From the NCBI GenBank assembly GCA_026770705.1, contig JANJGN010000034.1, positions 3,844,001 through 3,908,000 of the forward strand: DNA of 64,000 bases. Reading direction: 5' to 3'. Shown piece after piece: positions 1-13,149 of the stretch (position 1 is the stretch's first letter; the number at the start of each line of letters is the position of its first letter). Under the pieces are notes generated by a model. The model was not told the DNA's origin. It was given only the letters and a program-made list of their open reading frames with translations, and did not search any database. This DNA comes from Isurus oxyrinchus (lineage: Eukaryota). The translations under genes were made by a program, and so were the position numbers.

Positions 1-269
1 ATGACATAAGTTAGAAAATACATATTGAGACTGACAGAAGTGCGGCGTTGTATCAAAATAATATTGCAATCACTCCGAAGTCAAGGTAATAAATACATTA
101 AGTGCAACAACAAGAACAGAATTAGTGTAACTTAAATTTCACGGAACACTTTCTTTTTAGTGCCGAAGTATTACGAAACCACGCATGGTATTTAGGTATC
201 TGTGTTCCTCTAATTCAGTCCATTTTTGCAACTCAAATGTTAATGTTCAACATTTGGCGTCTATGCATT

Positions 270-860
270 CACCTGCCTGGGATCTAAGTTCTGGCATTTT
301 ATTCCACGTTGCATTCATATTCTGTTCTTTACACCATGAAGATGCTGATCAAAAACGAGTGTTAACGCAAACATCTGGTCTAGTGCCAAAATATCTCCTT
401 GTGCGGTTCGTTGTCAGATATATTTGATAACGCTGCCACATGTGCCCCTGAGGCGTATAGCTGGTTGATCTCAATATGTACGTGTAGCGTCTTGTTTCAA
501 CTGGTGATCTAATCGATTTTTTCAGAACACGAAGATGATTTGAAAAGTTAGATTGAGATCAATATTTCCTGTTTGTGAGAGGTTATAGGATTCAGGTTCT
601 TAATCTTAAGATCAGAGCCATCCCATTTTGTAGAGAAGTTAAGAAACTTGCCTTCTAGTCAAATCTTGCAGAGGCATGCAGCTCTTTGCAACATTAAAAA
701 AAAAAATCTGCATTCTTAATAAACATAGCAAATTTTGCGATAGATGTTTTTCCCAAATTGAACAGCTGCAAGATAACTGATTGGATTTCGCACTTATTGA
801 AGACCTGGTATCATTAAATGAAAAGACGGCGGACTGATTGCTGTACTTTTGCTCCAACGT
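270..860 (+). mobile_element. Decayed CR1 LINE 3' fragment
   Basis: Degenerate ORF2 C-terminal motifs (ggtgatctaatcga = GDLI; aatcttaagatcagagcc) followed by 3' UTR-like sequence. Confidence 0.5.
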
Positions 861-1719
861 TTCTGTAGTGCCAGTAATTTAGCTCGAATATGTGGGGGAC
901 TGAAAAGTGAGATAGAAATGTTTTGCCGCAAGTGTTTTTTTTTTCCATTGTTTCAAAGCTGCCACTCAGATTCGAAGGGGCAAAGATATTTCAGAATTAC
1001 AACTTAAATATATGATAGTGGGTTTTCTCCTTTAAAATCTAACATTTTTCTTACCTGAAACACGTTGATTAGGATGCAGTTTAGATGTACTCAATTTTCA
1101 ACATGTGTCTGATGCAAGTCAATACAATTAAGAATAATGAAGGTCCGCATTCAGTTATGCAGAAGGAGGAGATCCATATATGGTAAGTTATTGAATTCAA
1201 TAGTTAGCGCGGGAGAAAGCGACTTTCTGAGGCACCTTCAATATAATTTTGGAATATGGATGGGAATGTCGATGTAGCTGCCTAGAAACTGAAAAGTTTC
1301 CAGGTCGGTTATAATGTAAACAGGATGAACACGGTCCTGGAGCATTAACAAAGCATAATAACAACACAGGAAAAAAAAAAACGAGAACACATCAAAACAT
1401 AAATGTTACGCAAAAGGAGAACTGACAAAATGATTGAATTACATGGAACGTAGTAGAATGGATAGTACATGATCGATAGTATGGTTTATGTGTTCCACAT
1501 CAGGGCTGCTGCTTCCAATGAACCAGCTTTCAACCTTCTACATCGAACCCTTTTAAAATGTTATCACGCTGCATGTCATTTTGAAGCGCCTTTCCCTTAA
1601 ATACACCTGTTTTATCCACCTAAACTACTTCTTGTAACATCGATTTCTACATTCTGTATTGCAACTAGCTGCATTTCAACATTTACCCGCCGTGCCCGCA
1701 CAGCCAATTCGATTTCAAG

Positions 1720-1830
1720 GCAACAAAGTGCTTTGAAGTGTGGTCAGTCTATCAATGTACAGAAAACAGCAGCCAACTTGCCCACAGCAAACTCCCACAA
1801 ACAACAACGTGACATTGACCAAAATGTATC
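1720..1830 (-). mobile_element. Deu-domain SINE (SacSINE1-like) fragment
   Basis: tttgaagtgtggtca...gcagccaacttgcccacagcaaactcccacaaacaacaacgtgacattgacca resembles the Deu-SINE 3' region. An opposite-orientation copy lies at 62240-62445. Confidence 0.55.
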
Positions 1831-2036
1831 CTACTTAACCCCGTTATTCAAGAAGGGAGGGAGGCAGGGAAAAATAGATGAAAGAATGTATGAATTAACT
1901 AAATATTGATTTATCGAGTAAGTATACAGTTTAACATAATATTAACAAATAAAGGAAACATTTAAAAATAATCATGCAAAAAGTAGCGAGATCAATCAAA
2001 AGCTAATTGTATGGGATGATTGAAAGGAGGACTTAC

Positions 2037-2078
2037 CCCGAATTGTTCTACACATGAAATGTTGGTTTATTTTAGAAT
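2037..2078 (-). CDS. Candidate 42-nt exon, (D)SKINQHFMCRTIR
   Basis: Consensus donor ggg|gtaagt, 3n, open in phase 1, but the polypyrimidine tract is poor (tgtgcatctgttag). Confidence 0.28.
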
Positions 2079-2536
2079 CTAACAGATGCACATTTTTCCA
2101 ATTAAACTTTTATACATTCATTCATTCAATCATCATTTTTTCCATTCATCGTTTCCTTAAAATATCATTTGAATCAAAAATCAATCCGGTATTCATTCAG
2201 TGTCCCATTCATTCACTACGTCCTTGATATCATGAATAATTTAGCCATCTATAATTAATGAAGTTATTTCCGCTTCCATTCTGTCAAAGTTGACATACTT
2301 ATTCAATTTAGATTTGATGCATAAATGCATTAATTCCTTCATCCGTACTTGCAATCACGACTTCAACAAATCAAATATTGATTTGTTGCTTAGTTATTCA
2401 TTCCCTTATCTTGAGCTGCTTTCCCAAATTTGTTCTCATCACCTCCACGCAAGGGGAACAATAACAGCATCTTCAATCTAACTTTGTCGCATAGAAACGG
2501 CAATTCATTCAACGATTTGGGAAAACTCGCCCTTAC

Positions 2537-2569
2537 CACTTCTAAGGACCCTCATATATTTCCTGAAAT
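2537..2569 (-). CDS. Candidate 33-nt micro-exon, (D)FRKYMRVLRS
   Basis: gttcagttctgatcaacag|ATTTCAGGAAATATATGAGGGTCCTTAGAAGTG|gtaagg. 3n, open in phase 1, ends in G. A competing AG 7 nt inside would give 26 nt. Confidence 0.42.
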
Positions 2570-2579
2570 CTGTTGATCA

Positions 2580-2835
2580 GAACTGAACACGAGTCGAAAC
2601 AAGCGTGGACGATGCACCCCGCTCCATCAGCACCACACCGGCCGTTGTAAACATTCACTCCTTTCACCGCCCATGGAGAGAGGTGGGAGTGCATGACATC
2701 TACAAAAGCCCAGATATTTGCCTGCTAGAAGGTCAAGGGCAACACCAATATGGTCTAACCATACGTGGCAAGTTTTCCTCCAGACAACGTTATCCTGAGT
2801 TTGGACTGCAACACTCTCCCTAATCAGAGGTATTA
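2580..2835 (+). mobile_element. CR1/L2-clade LINE (second family, 'B') 3' fragment
   Basis: aacattcactcctttcacc...ctagaaggtcaagggca...caagttttcctcc. The same block recurs at about 10620-10800 and 22770-22800. Confidence 0.6.
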
Positions 2836-3169
2836 AAACTTTGAAAATATGGTCCCTGCCTTTGGGCTGAACACCTCTATTGAGCTCACGATCCAATATG
2901 CTCTGCTCTTTAATCTCGTACAATGCGGTTTCACTTTGAAAGGGACAAACATGTAACTTCGAAGGCTCATCTGCCCGAGTGCATTCTTTGGAACAGGATG
3001 ATTGTGCCTTCCCCTTTTCCTTCCAAATGAATTCATCACATCGCACATCATCCACATCTTAAAATCCACGTGCTGCTCCCTTTCCCATTCTGCTTGCCAG
3101 TCCATATTCTGAATGCATAACTTGGCGTTTCCTCAGTGCTTGCCACACGTACATGCTTCCCATTATGTT

Positions 3170-3660
3170 TACATTATTCGTTGTTGCTGAAGCCATATTG
3201 CCCGTGAGGGGGTCTTGATGAGCATGCATAAACCGTTGCAGTCCATGCAGTGCAGTTACAAACACCGATTTTTGGAATGGAGTTCCAGCATTTTAAACCA
3301 ATCGACAGGGGAGCAACAGCGATTTAGCTCCAGGTCAGTAGAGTTTGACACTTGGAGGGTATTTTGCATGTATTGGCTTTGTTCTATGTCTGCTGCTTAA
3401 GATGATTTATTGAACACAGTTCGACGGTTTGTATAGTGCTGTACAAGGCACCCTGGCGAGCTTCTGTAATGCGTAATGTACATTGTGCACCCCCTTACCC
3501 ATGTGTGTCAATCGTCCAGGTACTGAATGTTTTAAGGTGATGGATGCTGTGCCGATGGTTCCGGGTGCTCTGAGCATAATTATATCGATATCGTTCAGGG
3601 TTGTTGAGTTGCACTGTTCCAGAAAAATGGTCAGGATTCCATGGCAATCATTTATTGTGA
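3170..3660 (-). mobile_element. Family-B LINE 3' fragment
   Basis: aaccgttgcagtccatg...ggagttccagcattttaaacca is the reverse complement of the family 3' end. Similar blocks at about 30750-30900, 43700-43850 and 45330-45470. Confidence 0.58.
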
Positions 3661-4206
3661 CCTGTCGAAAATGGACACTCATCGAGGAAAAAAAAGTCAT
3701 TTAATCTCAGCAGAGTAAACGGACTTTGACTCGCACTTTTAATCAAGTTATTTAGACAGAGAGTGCATGTAAATGTCTGTTCAGTGGTAACCAAACAATA
3801 TTAATGGTGAGGGATTCAGCGATGAATATGATGTTGAATGTCAGGTGGGAATGTCAGGTTCTGACATGGTGCATACAATGAAGCTTTCTATTTGTGTGAC
3901 ACAAAAAAATGCATGTCACTTATTGACGGAAATCTGAAAATTACCTACCATAGTGCTGCAAATAGATATGGACTGTATTCAGTGTCTGAGCTAATGAACA
4001 TTTCGAAATCAGCACTAAATACCCAGACTACAGATTTAATAATGCGACAACTTCATTTATGCAACAATTACAGAGGTTTGGAGCGAAGGAAAAACTATGA
4101 GAATTTCCTAAAGGTATTAAAAGAGTTCCAGGGCTGCGATGATTGGCCTCCATAAAGCATGACCTTCGATATGTGCGTTAGGTATGATTCAAAAGGGTGC
4201 AATGCA

Positions 4207-4245
4207 CTCTCTCTCTCTCTCCCTCTCTCTTCCTCCCTCTCACTC
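4207..4245. repeat. Imperfect (CT)n microsatellite
   Basis: ctctctctctctctccctctctcttcctccctctc. Confidence 0.85.
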
Positions 4246-4439
4246 CACTCACCTCGCCTATTGTTGCTTGCATTCCAGGATGCCACACTGACATTGATTT
4301 TACTTTGATACCAAGAATAATTAATGTCACCTCACAACCTAATTCAGCTACATCGTTCATTTTAAATGAAAGGGTGAAATGCTGTACAGAGTCTAGCCTT
4401 CCCAGTAGAATATAAAGTGACTGAGGTTAAAAAACATTT

Positions 4440-4900
4440 CTGCTGTGCAGGTGATGGTATCATTCTTCAATCTGATGATGATCGAGAATATGTTCATTTG
4501 GCAGTAGTTGGATAGATTAAATTTTCCTGTTTTCATTGAACACTGCATTTTCCCACGTTGTTAATTTGATGTTAGCAGAAACGCTTGGCTGGTTTATGCC
4601 TGGAGCACCATCATTCAGTACTACCAGGGTGGTATTGGTGGTGCCCATACACCTGGAGGCATCCACTGTCTTCAGCTGTTGCCTTTTATCACGTGGAGCC
4701 AATAAAGTTCGCCCTGCACCGGCATTCCTAATGTTCGGTGCCTCAGGACTTTGCCGAAATGGATGATCCAGTCATCAGACACAGATAATGCTTGTTGTTA
4801 ATGATTCATCATTAACTTTTGTCATCAATGTGCTTTGCTCTCTCAACACTTAGGATGGCTTTGCATGTTGTCTTTGCTCACTTACTTCGTGTAATTGCCC
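4440..4900 (-). mobile_element. Family-B LINE ORF2 (pre-RT/RT start) fragment
   Basis: Minus strand atgggcaccaccaataccaccctggtagtactgaatgatggtgctccag resembles KAMGPDNIPAxVLKxCAP, followed by W-K/E-xA and NY-PI-like remnants. Confidence 0.58.
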
Positions 4901-5029
4901 CTACCATTAAAAGGTGTATGTGGATTGCTAGTGGCATCGCTCAGCTCTTGTTTTGCTTTTAATTTGTTGCAGGTTACGCAGTCAATTGTTGTCCATTCAC
5001 CAGCAAGGGTATTGCATTTGCATTTATAC

Positions 5030-5420
5030 CCGGGATTTTTTTCGCTCCGAATCCGAATACTAATGTCATTATATATGAAAAAAATATCCGTGGTCCTAGA
5101 AGTGACGCCCTGGGAAACTCAATGATTACAAAAATCCCTTCTGAACAAGAGAAAAGTCCGATAAATATCCAAGATACTTTTTTCTGTCTCTTTTTATTTA
5201 AACCAAGTAGTTTTCGACACTGACATCAATATTCCTCTTCCAATGACGATTAATTCTGGTAAACAGCCTGTTGTGTGATTCTTTGTCAATATTAGTTGAC
5301 CCAACATCCAACATATTCGGTGCGTTAACATTCACAGTTGCTTCGCAAATATTTCTAGAGTAGCTGTATAACCGAGTTCCTCACGTCAGAGAAGAGTTGG
5401 GCTTTGGAAAAGACCATGGC
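5030..5420 (-). mobile_element. Decayed CR1 RT fragment
   Basis: ggtcctagaagtgacgccctgggaaactc is the reverse of GVPQGSVLGP; cctgttgtgtgattctttgtca is the reverse of DKVPHxRL. Confidence 0.5.
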
Positions 5421-6302
5421 AAATCCACAGGCATGCAAGTCTCTAGAAACATGGAGCAGAAACTGGACTTGTGCCCTCATGGAGCATAAAAAAGGTTGCA
5501 CACATGTTATCTGGAATATAAAATAACAATGCTCCGAATGACCTCCTGGAGCTTTGTCGGGCTTTGTTGGCGTCGTAGAGGAATTTAAATGAAATCTTTT
5601 CTCTCAGTCGTCCTGGGTTATTGTCCGAATTTTCTTTTTCTGATCTCTGGCAAGATCATGCTGTATGCTTCGTTGATATGTGGGATAGATTGATATTTTT
5701 CTGCTAGGCTCAATGGGTTATATTTTATTTCACTGTTTATTATCGTTCATTTGATTATTTGCTGCAGGCAAACAAATGCATGGAAGTGTCGCGCACTATT
5801 CACTTTAAGAAAAGGCAAATACATTGCGAGACTCACAGAATGTAGATGCTGTATAAGCAAGGGTAGAGCTTCGAACTCTTCGAATGTCATAACATCTACT
5901 GCACCCTTATAATGTGTTACAATTGGTCAGCGTTCTAATATTTTCAAAATAATTTCCCTCCACTGTCATTTCTCTGTACTAATACATTATCCCCTTCATC
6001 AGCAATCATATATATTTTTAAATTATTCTTAAAATGTATTCGGAGTACATTTTGGCAGAAGATTCAGTTGATAATGAATTGTTACGTGGAACGAAACCCT
6101 GTACTTCATTAGTCACATTTATCTCCAGTTATCTTCAGACTTTATAATTGGTATTTTTTAAAATTTCGTGCAGCTGTAAATATATTTTCCTATTTGTCTA
6201 ACTCCGCCATTCGTGAGTTTAACAGCTCCACGAATCTGAAGTGGAAAATCAACCCAAGAAAATCCTTCACCTGGCAATCAATTATATACATGTCGAACAA
6301 GA

Positions 6303-6433
6303 TCAATCATCTCCTGGTTGCATGCCGAAAGAAAAAAAATATGCTGCGAAAGGGCCAGGTAGAACGACATGCTGCAAGTTAGCATAACCAACGCCAAACT
6401 GATCAGCATTAACTGCGTGCAGGCAGCCTTCAC
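6303..6433 (-). CDS. Candidate terminal coding exon, (G)EGCLHAVNADQFGVGYANLQHVVLPGPFAAYFFSFGMQPGDD*
   Basis: Strong acceptor ggtctttttttatttcag 1.1 kb after C3. The phase-1 frame is open for 42 codons to TGA. Minus-strand AATAAA at 5736-5741 and 5724-5729. No recognisable homology. Confidence 0.3.
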
Positions 6434-7563
6434 CTGAAATAAAAAAAGACCTATTAATTGTAGTAACGTGACTGGAAACAATGACAATAAATATACATAA
6501 CAGTACAACTGTAAGAGCAAGAAAAGAACTGAAACTTTGTCCAACAGTGCTTTTTAGTATGTGTTCGGTTTAAACATTTGCATCGTGAAGGAAAATAAGT
6601 GAAAATAGAAAGAAAAGGGAAATGTTTAACCCTAAGAGCTCCTACCGCTGCTCAATTACATGTCGGCTGATCTACATTTTTATTTTATTTACATACTCAG
6701 AAAAACGTCATATATTGCGAAAAAAAGTAATCTATTGATTTCAGTTCAATTTCATACACATATAAATTTAACTTTCTTAAGTTCCTAATTATTTATTATT
6801 GCCTGATTATGTAATATAAACCTGATCATCTTTCTCATTTTTTTCAACTCTTGCGCTCTAATACGATAATGGAGTACAATATCTGGACTGGGAAAAATAC
6901 AGACAATGCTACTCGTTGAGATATTTATTTTTTCTCACTTGAACGGAAGGACCACTGAAGGGGTAGGTCGAATGTCAATCTTCTAAGATGATGTGATGCT
7001 CTCTATTCCTCATCTGATTTATGGGATATGATATGAATTCTCACAGATTAACAGTATTTTTATGTGCAGATGAAAGCCATTATTAGTGCTAATATAGTGG
7101 ATTTAGCTCTGGCTAAATGAATAGGAAGAAATAAGCTGTTTGCCCACAACTTTTGCTTCTCTCGTAATATATTTTTCCCCACGACTGATTTTAATGGAAA
7201 CATAAAAATGTCTTTCGAGTGCTTTAATGTCTTCAAATGTTCCTCACTTGCATCCCAAGTGAATAACTTTCCCATTGTGTGCAAGTGTCAATATTATCAC
7301 TGCCTTTCTCCTTATTTTGAATATTATATAGTTATACATAATGGCTTCATGGGTCGCTTGCTTAAAAAAATGTCCTGATGTTCGGTTCTACTGATTGCAC
7401 CAGAGCTAATTCTAGGGCATGTTTTATAATAGCACCAAAATAAATGACCTGTCTTATTATTCCACTTGCTAGAATTCTCACAACGTACTGAATTCAAGTT
7501 TGAATAACATTTGACTTTTATTCATTTCGAAGTAAATATCATTCGTTTGCTGATTTGCATCAC

Positions 7564-7599
7564 CTTTGTCTTTTAGGGCTTGTGCTAATTTCCTTATTT
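7564..7599 (-). CDS. 36-nt micro-exon C3, (E)IRKLAQALKDK
   Basis: cctttttttctttcag|AAATAAGGAAATTAGCACAAGCCCTAAAAGACAAAG|gtgatg. Paralog of C1. Confidence 0.87.
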
Positions 7600-7879
7600 C
7601 TGAAAGAAAAAAAGGTTAACATTAGGACAGTGCATCTGGCTTATTAAATCAAATGTTTGTAATTTTGAATTAATAATCTTGCCGGAATCATTGTGTATTT
7701 GCAACTATCTTGTCTCTGCGTTGGACTGCTCTATTCATCGGTCTTCCACCTGAAAACCTTCATAAACAGGAGGGGAACGAAGATCTAACAGCCCAGTATC
7801 CGAATTTGCAATAATTTATGTTCACCCAGCACCAAAGTTTCTATATCCTGTATTGAATGTTAATGAGTTTTAGCAGGAG

Positions 7880-8310
7880 TTCATGAACCATTACCGGTTA
7901 TTCAAAAGGTGCACTATTGCGTACATATTTATCGACTGTTCTATGTGAATAATGTTAAGATTTTGATCAGTGTTATAAAAAATGCATAAACTGATGTCTT
8001 TCTTCTTAAAGAAGGGGTTGGGCAGAATATGTATTCAAATATTAAATGGATTGTTTTTGGACTGTTGGGGAAAAGCTGCCCCATCTACCAACTGGATTCG
8101 TCATCAGAGTTCAGAAATACAGATTATTAAGGAAAACGTTTGCATAATATTTGTGAATTAGCGTTGTCACGTCTGGAATTCTTGACTTGAATTGCCGTAG
8201 TAAATTCCAAAATGCCATTGAAAGTACATTTGGAACAAACAAATTCACACATTATAAAATGAATTGTAATGTCCTTCTGTAGATCCAACACAGAACCGAC
8301 AGACAGAACA
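7880..8310 (+). mobile_element. Decayed CR1 3' fragment within intron B3-C3
   Basis: Remnants of LEYCVQF (ggtgcactattgcgtaca) and RVVxxWN (agcgttgtcacgtctggaat). Confidence 0.42.
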
Positions 8311-8426
8311 ATCCCATCCAGTGGTGTTAATTTCCATGCATATACTTGTACGAGAACTTCTACTATTTGCTTCCCAGATAATTTTGTATCTCAACAAAAT
8401 GCACTCATCATAGTTCTTATAGGTAC

Positions 8427-8453
8427 CGTCATCTTTCTGAAGAAAAGCTCCGG
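8427..8453 (-). CDS. 27-nt micro-exon B3, (A)GAFLQKDD
   Basis: ttttcttcgctttttttcag|CCGGAGCTTTTCTTCAGAAAGATGACG|gtacct. Very strong acceptor, weaker donor; paralog of B1/B2. Confidence 0.8.
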
Positions 8454-8529
8454 CTGAAAAAAAGCGAAGAAAATAGATAGCTGAACAAGGAGAAAGAACA
8501 CATTTGAAACATTTTGCACGTTTAGCTGA

Positions 8530-9460
8530 CTATTGCATGATTATGAATGACTTTGGCACATCGATGCTATTCAGAAAATCATTCCATAATCTTTGAAAAA
8601 TGCAATGGCAAAAATTACTGAAGGGAACCAGGCCCAACTCACAACATTTATTGAAATAATAAATTAAGTTTGTAATAGCAATGATGACCAAAGACGGTCT
8701 GATATTATGGTTCTGGCAATCTGCTAATAGGAAGTGGGCGGATCTTTTCACATTATTTCCAGGAATCTCCTCAGATTAGACAAAACATAAGGAGACAATT
8801 GAACAACATGTCCATATTTCGTTTCTGCGTGTCTTGAAGTTCCACATCACTTTGTAACCAATAAGGCGCTTTAGCAATTTGTTCACTGTTGTAATAGCCG
8901 TCAGGATGACTTCTATAATGCAAAATCCTAATGACAAAATTTTGTATGAATGATGCAATTTGGAGAATTTATCTTGCCGATACGGCGTTAAATTCTTTGC
9001 ACACTCAAGTGAGTATAAGCAGTCACATGAGAATCTCCCGGACAATGGCAAGCGAGTTGTCCAATATCTTGTATCCAGTGTACACCTCTCAGTAAGCAGC
9101 TATAAAATCATTAAATTTAGACATGAGAGCATTGTCATTCGTAAGAGTGTGGCACGAGGAACTGTAACTGTGGTTTTCAATGTTATTTCAATAACTGAGG
9201 ATCCAGTAAATTTCCATTGATGATAAAGTTTTCCTGATTCATATGACCCCTAATGTTGCTAATGACCCCTAATGACCCCTAAGCCAAAGGTATGCTGTTG
9301 CTGTCCATCGATAACAAGGGAGCAGATTTCATGCTTTGCCACTTTAATTAAGTAACGGAAACAACGCGCCCTTTCAATAATCTTTAGCCCGGATAAAATC
9401 CTGGCTATGGCAATTATAGCACTAACAAGTATTAGGTACTGTATGAATACCCACAACCTG
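8530..9460 (-). mobile_element. Decayed CR1 ORF2 fragment
   Basis: Reverse-strand RPVSL-like and SPG-D-like (tagcccggataaaatcctgg) remnants with many stops. Confidence 0.5.
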
Positions 9461-9599
9461 ATTATTGAGGGAGCTCATTGTTTCAGTGTAGCCAAAATCA
9501 GTCAGAAGTGCCGAAGTGATTATTTATATTGGCCTCCTCTTGGGGTCATCTAATCTCCCATATAACAGCTATCCACCAATTTGATTCATTGTACGCAAC

Positions 9600-10990
9600 G
9601 CCATGAAATGCAACTGCATTCTACAAAGGTTCTGGACTCTGAGAACATCAATACATTTACAATGAAGGCTCGTGCTCCAGAGGTGGACACTAGAAACTCA
9701 GTTGTGGCATTGTGGTTGAAACTTTGATATCGACATCCAACCAATTACAGGTCTATCGGACTACATATGATCATCCGAACTTAATGGAACTTCACGATGC
9801 AATGAAATGGCATTTACACGCAAGTGACCTGTTCACTGCTGGCCAGATTTGATTATGTGAGGTCCATTTGCCACGTTATTCATTCTAACCTTGATCCAAT
9901 TATTGACAAAATAACTGACACAAGGATGTGAGATATGTATGAATGCACTTGGACTTGATAAATCGTGGCCTCAAGCAGCTGCAGAAAAAAATGTCAACGA
10001 CAATGAAAGAAAAACTGATTGAAATGATAATTTGCAAAATTAGGAATGTTGTTGTTGGAGCCCAATGATCTGAGTCCCAACACGTGATTACGTCCTTCCC
10101 GTACATCGTTACCCGCATAACCTATGATCTTCCGACCAACATAGAGTCGGAGATGGCGATTCATGCTGATGATAGCATAATGTTCAGTGCCATTCGCAAA
10201 TGATCTGTAACTGAAACACTCCCTGTCCATTTGCAACAACACATAGATAACAATCTGGCTGGAGCTTGTAATTGGCACAGAAAATTTACACAATAGGTCT
10301 GCATGTAAGTGAACATTTACATCTTCAGAGACTATAATGCTTCCCGTTAGCATGGCATTACATTCATTGAATGTCCCACTTCTCAAAATTCTTAGTGTAC
10401 CACTGAATAGAAACTGAACTACACCAGACCGTGACATATCTTGGCTAGATGCACACGGCAGAACGTTGAAATTCTGCTCTAAATAACTGCCTTTCTTTCT
10501 CCCCAAAGCTTGTGAACAACGTGGAAGTGCAGAGTGATTTGAAATGGACTCGATGGCCTGGATTTTGCGGCTCCAAAAAATAATTAGGCAGGGCAATATC
10601 AGGACAACTGTAACAACTTTATCTCTAATTGCTGATGTGCCAAATTCAATATTCAATAATTTCACCACTAATGCTCAGGGTCCACCAGAAACCACGAGAT
10701 CTATTACTAAGAATGCTACCAGCAAGAAACACATAGGACTACATCATGTGCAAGTACCACGCCAAGTAAAATACTGTGCTGATTATAGCTATGTTGGTAT
10801 TTATTTTTTCGCTGCTGGTGCACTAAGATCTTTGAGTTGCTTCCAAACAGCATTGGGCACGTAGCTGTAACACATTGAATGCAAAATTTTAAGAGGAGTC
10901 TTTACAACCCCTTGCATGATCACTGCAGCTTAGGTAAAAAAAGAAAATGCGTTCTTAACAATACACAAATCCCATGAATTAATCCAAAGA
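9600..10990 (+). mobile_element. Family-B LINE RT-to-3' end fragment
   Basis: gctgatgatagcataatgttcag (ADD catalytic motif), ttggagccca (LGP) and a family 3' end near 10900-10990. It explains the 224-aa antisense ORF. Confidence 0.62.
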
Positions 10991-13149
10991 AAGATGGATT
11001 TTGATCATTCCTGTATACCAAATATTCCACAAGATTGGCTTCGCTGACACTGTGGTGCCAAACTGCCATAAACTTTCTTGCATTGCAAGTGTTGAAATTC
11101 AGGGAAAAACAATATAAATTAGGATAAGATATTCTTTAAAAGAACAGGGAATTCACAGTCCGTCAAACACTATCTGTGGCGGGAAAAGCACTTCAATTTT
11201 CAGACCGATGACTCATGATCGGTGTTGAAGAATGATTCAGTCCATTTAATGGAGAGTTGCTCTTCCGGCATGTTACAGAAACGAAAGTAAGTGAAAGGGA
11301 ACTAAGGACATTCGAGGTCTGAGACCTGAATTTCAGATGTTTAATATGTAATTAGACAAAATATTGTTTGGATATTTTACTTCTTTCAAAACCGTGTCAT
11401 CATTTAAAGGTCTGACCGTGGTCATGAAAGATCTGTGTTCCAATTATTATCCGGCTTGTTGAACAGCTTTGTTATATGAGAATATAATCGCTTCAGCGGT
11501 ATTTTAAAACCTGAAAAATTAATTATTGAAATCCAATAAAATATTCCTGAAAGCATAGGTGATATGATGCACCTCTAGCATACACCTGCTTGGGGGATGC
11601 CAGTGTGCTCCACAACATCCGCCTCTGCAATGATGGCTTGCAGTTCAAGAAATTTTGGTTCGGAGTGGATGAACTGCTGACCAAACTCCGAAAACCTGTG
11701 GTGCATTAATAGTTAGGATTAACTGGATTTTTTCTTTTGCCAGGAGTCAGTCGCAGCCTACTGGCTTGCTCCTTTAGATATGTTCTGTCGTCAGGGCCAA
11801 AAGGGTGGCAAAACACGTGGGGCAGATTTTGGAGTACTTAAGACATCATTGCAAGAGCGTATGACCTAGCACTGGTTCCGGAGGTTCAGGTTCATTCTGA
11901 CTGAGGGGCCAACTTGATAACCTGCAGCCAGGCTAAGCATATTGTCCATTGCACCGAGTAACAGGCGCACCTGACGGGCTGAGTAAAAAAGAAAGTGGTC
12001 CTAGTATGTTCCCAGCCGTCTTGAGGATGAAAGTTGTGTTGCTAGCCTAGTGCAAAGGATCGCTGGGCATCAACTTGGGGCTGTAGGTGACATTGGAGAT
12101 GAGGGACACGGTCCAGTTCTAATGGTCCACCTGCATGTCAATCTCATTTTACTACAATGAAAGCTTCTGCAGAGAGGGTCTGATCTGCTAAGTTTGAAAT
12201 TAAAAGGCTGCGTTGGTCACCAGCACCACCAGCGTATGTTCAGAATAAGAGCTTGGATGTCAATGAGAGCGAAAACCCAGGCAGGCATACAAATTAAAAT
12301 GGCAAAGATAGAAAATAAATTCAGAAAGTAAAGCACTCGTCTGGGTCTGCATTTTTCCAAACGCCTCTGCATTTTCCATTTCACTGCGAACTTCTCATGA
12401 TTGCAACATCACATATTAATGTAACTCTTACCCCTGCCTTCTCACTGAATCCTCAAGTTCCTCTCGTCGCTTTCTATTACAGCTGTCATCAACCTAAGCC
12501 TTTTTTTCCGATGCTTCCTTCCCCTCCATGCCCTCACCAGTCTACCCCCACAACGCCGCCTGCATACACAACATTCCCGCCATGTCTCCTCCCGTGGCCC
12601 TTTGCTACATCCAGCTCAGCCCGTCTTGGTCTCCTTCTGCTTCATTGGTCTTTTCCCCATGCACTCATCCTCTGTTTCCTGCCTTCACCTTTCCCTTCGG
12701 CTCTCTCACTCTCCATGCTAACTGGATGGGGTGAAGTTGCGATGGGAACAATTATTCGGCCGAGGGATAGTCTGGGAGGCGAGAAAACCTGAAAGGAAGA
12801 TGAGTGTGTCTGTTACGGTGAGGGGATGTGAAAAAAAGGGCTGGATAGAGCAGCTAGGAGGACCGAGGAGGATGGCAACTTTCAGGGATAGCGGGAGGGA
12901 GCGGCCTGCAACAAGCTAAGGGAGCCAGAAAATATTATAATGGAGGAAGCATCAAGAGCTAGTGAGAAAGTGCAGCTCGAGAGCGAGGGAGTAAGTTTGG
13001 GGATGCAATCAAAGGCAACGAGGATGAGGAGAGGAAAGTAAAAAAAAGGGTGGTGAAATAGTGTGGTGGAGAAACAGCGACATTACGGTAGTCTGACACG
13101 GGTAAGGTGGAGTGATTAGAAGCAGCTGAGGTTCATTTCTCTTTCATCC

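Noticed and set aside
2627-3700. Three minus ORFs (97, 68 and 142 aa) in one frame, resembling a pseudogene
   Set aside because: The span is made of LINE 3' fragments in both orientations, and the peptide has no recognisable motif.
9994-10668. Longest ORF in the window (224 aa, minus)
   Set aside because: It is the antisense shadow of a + strand LINE RT remnant.
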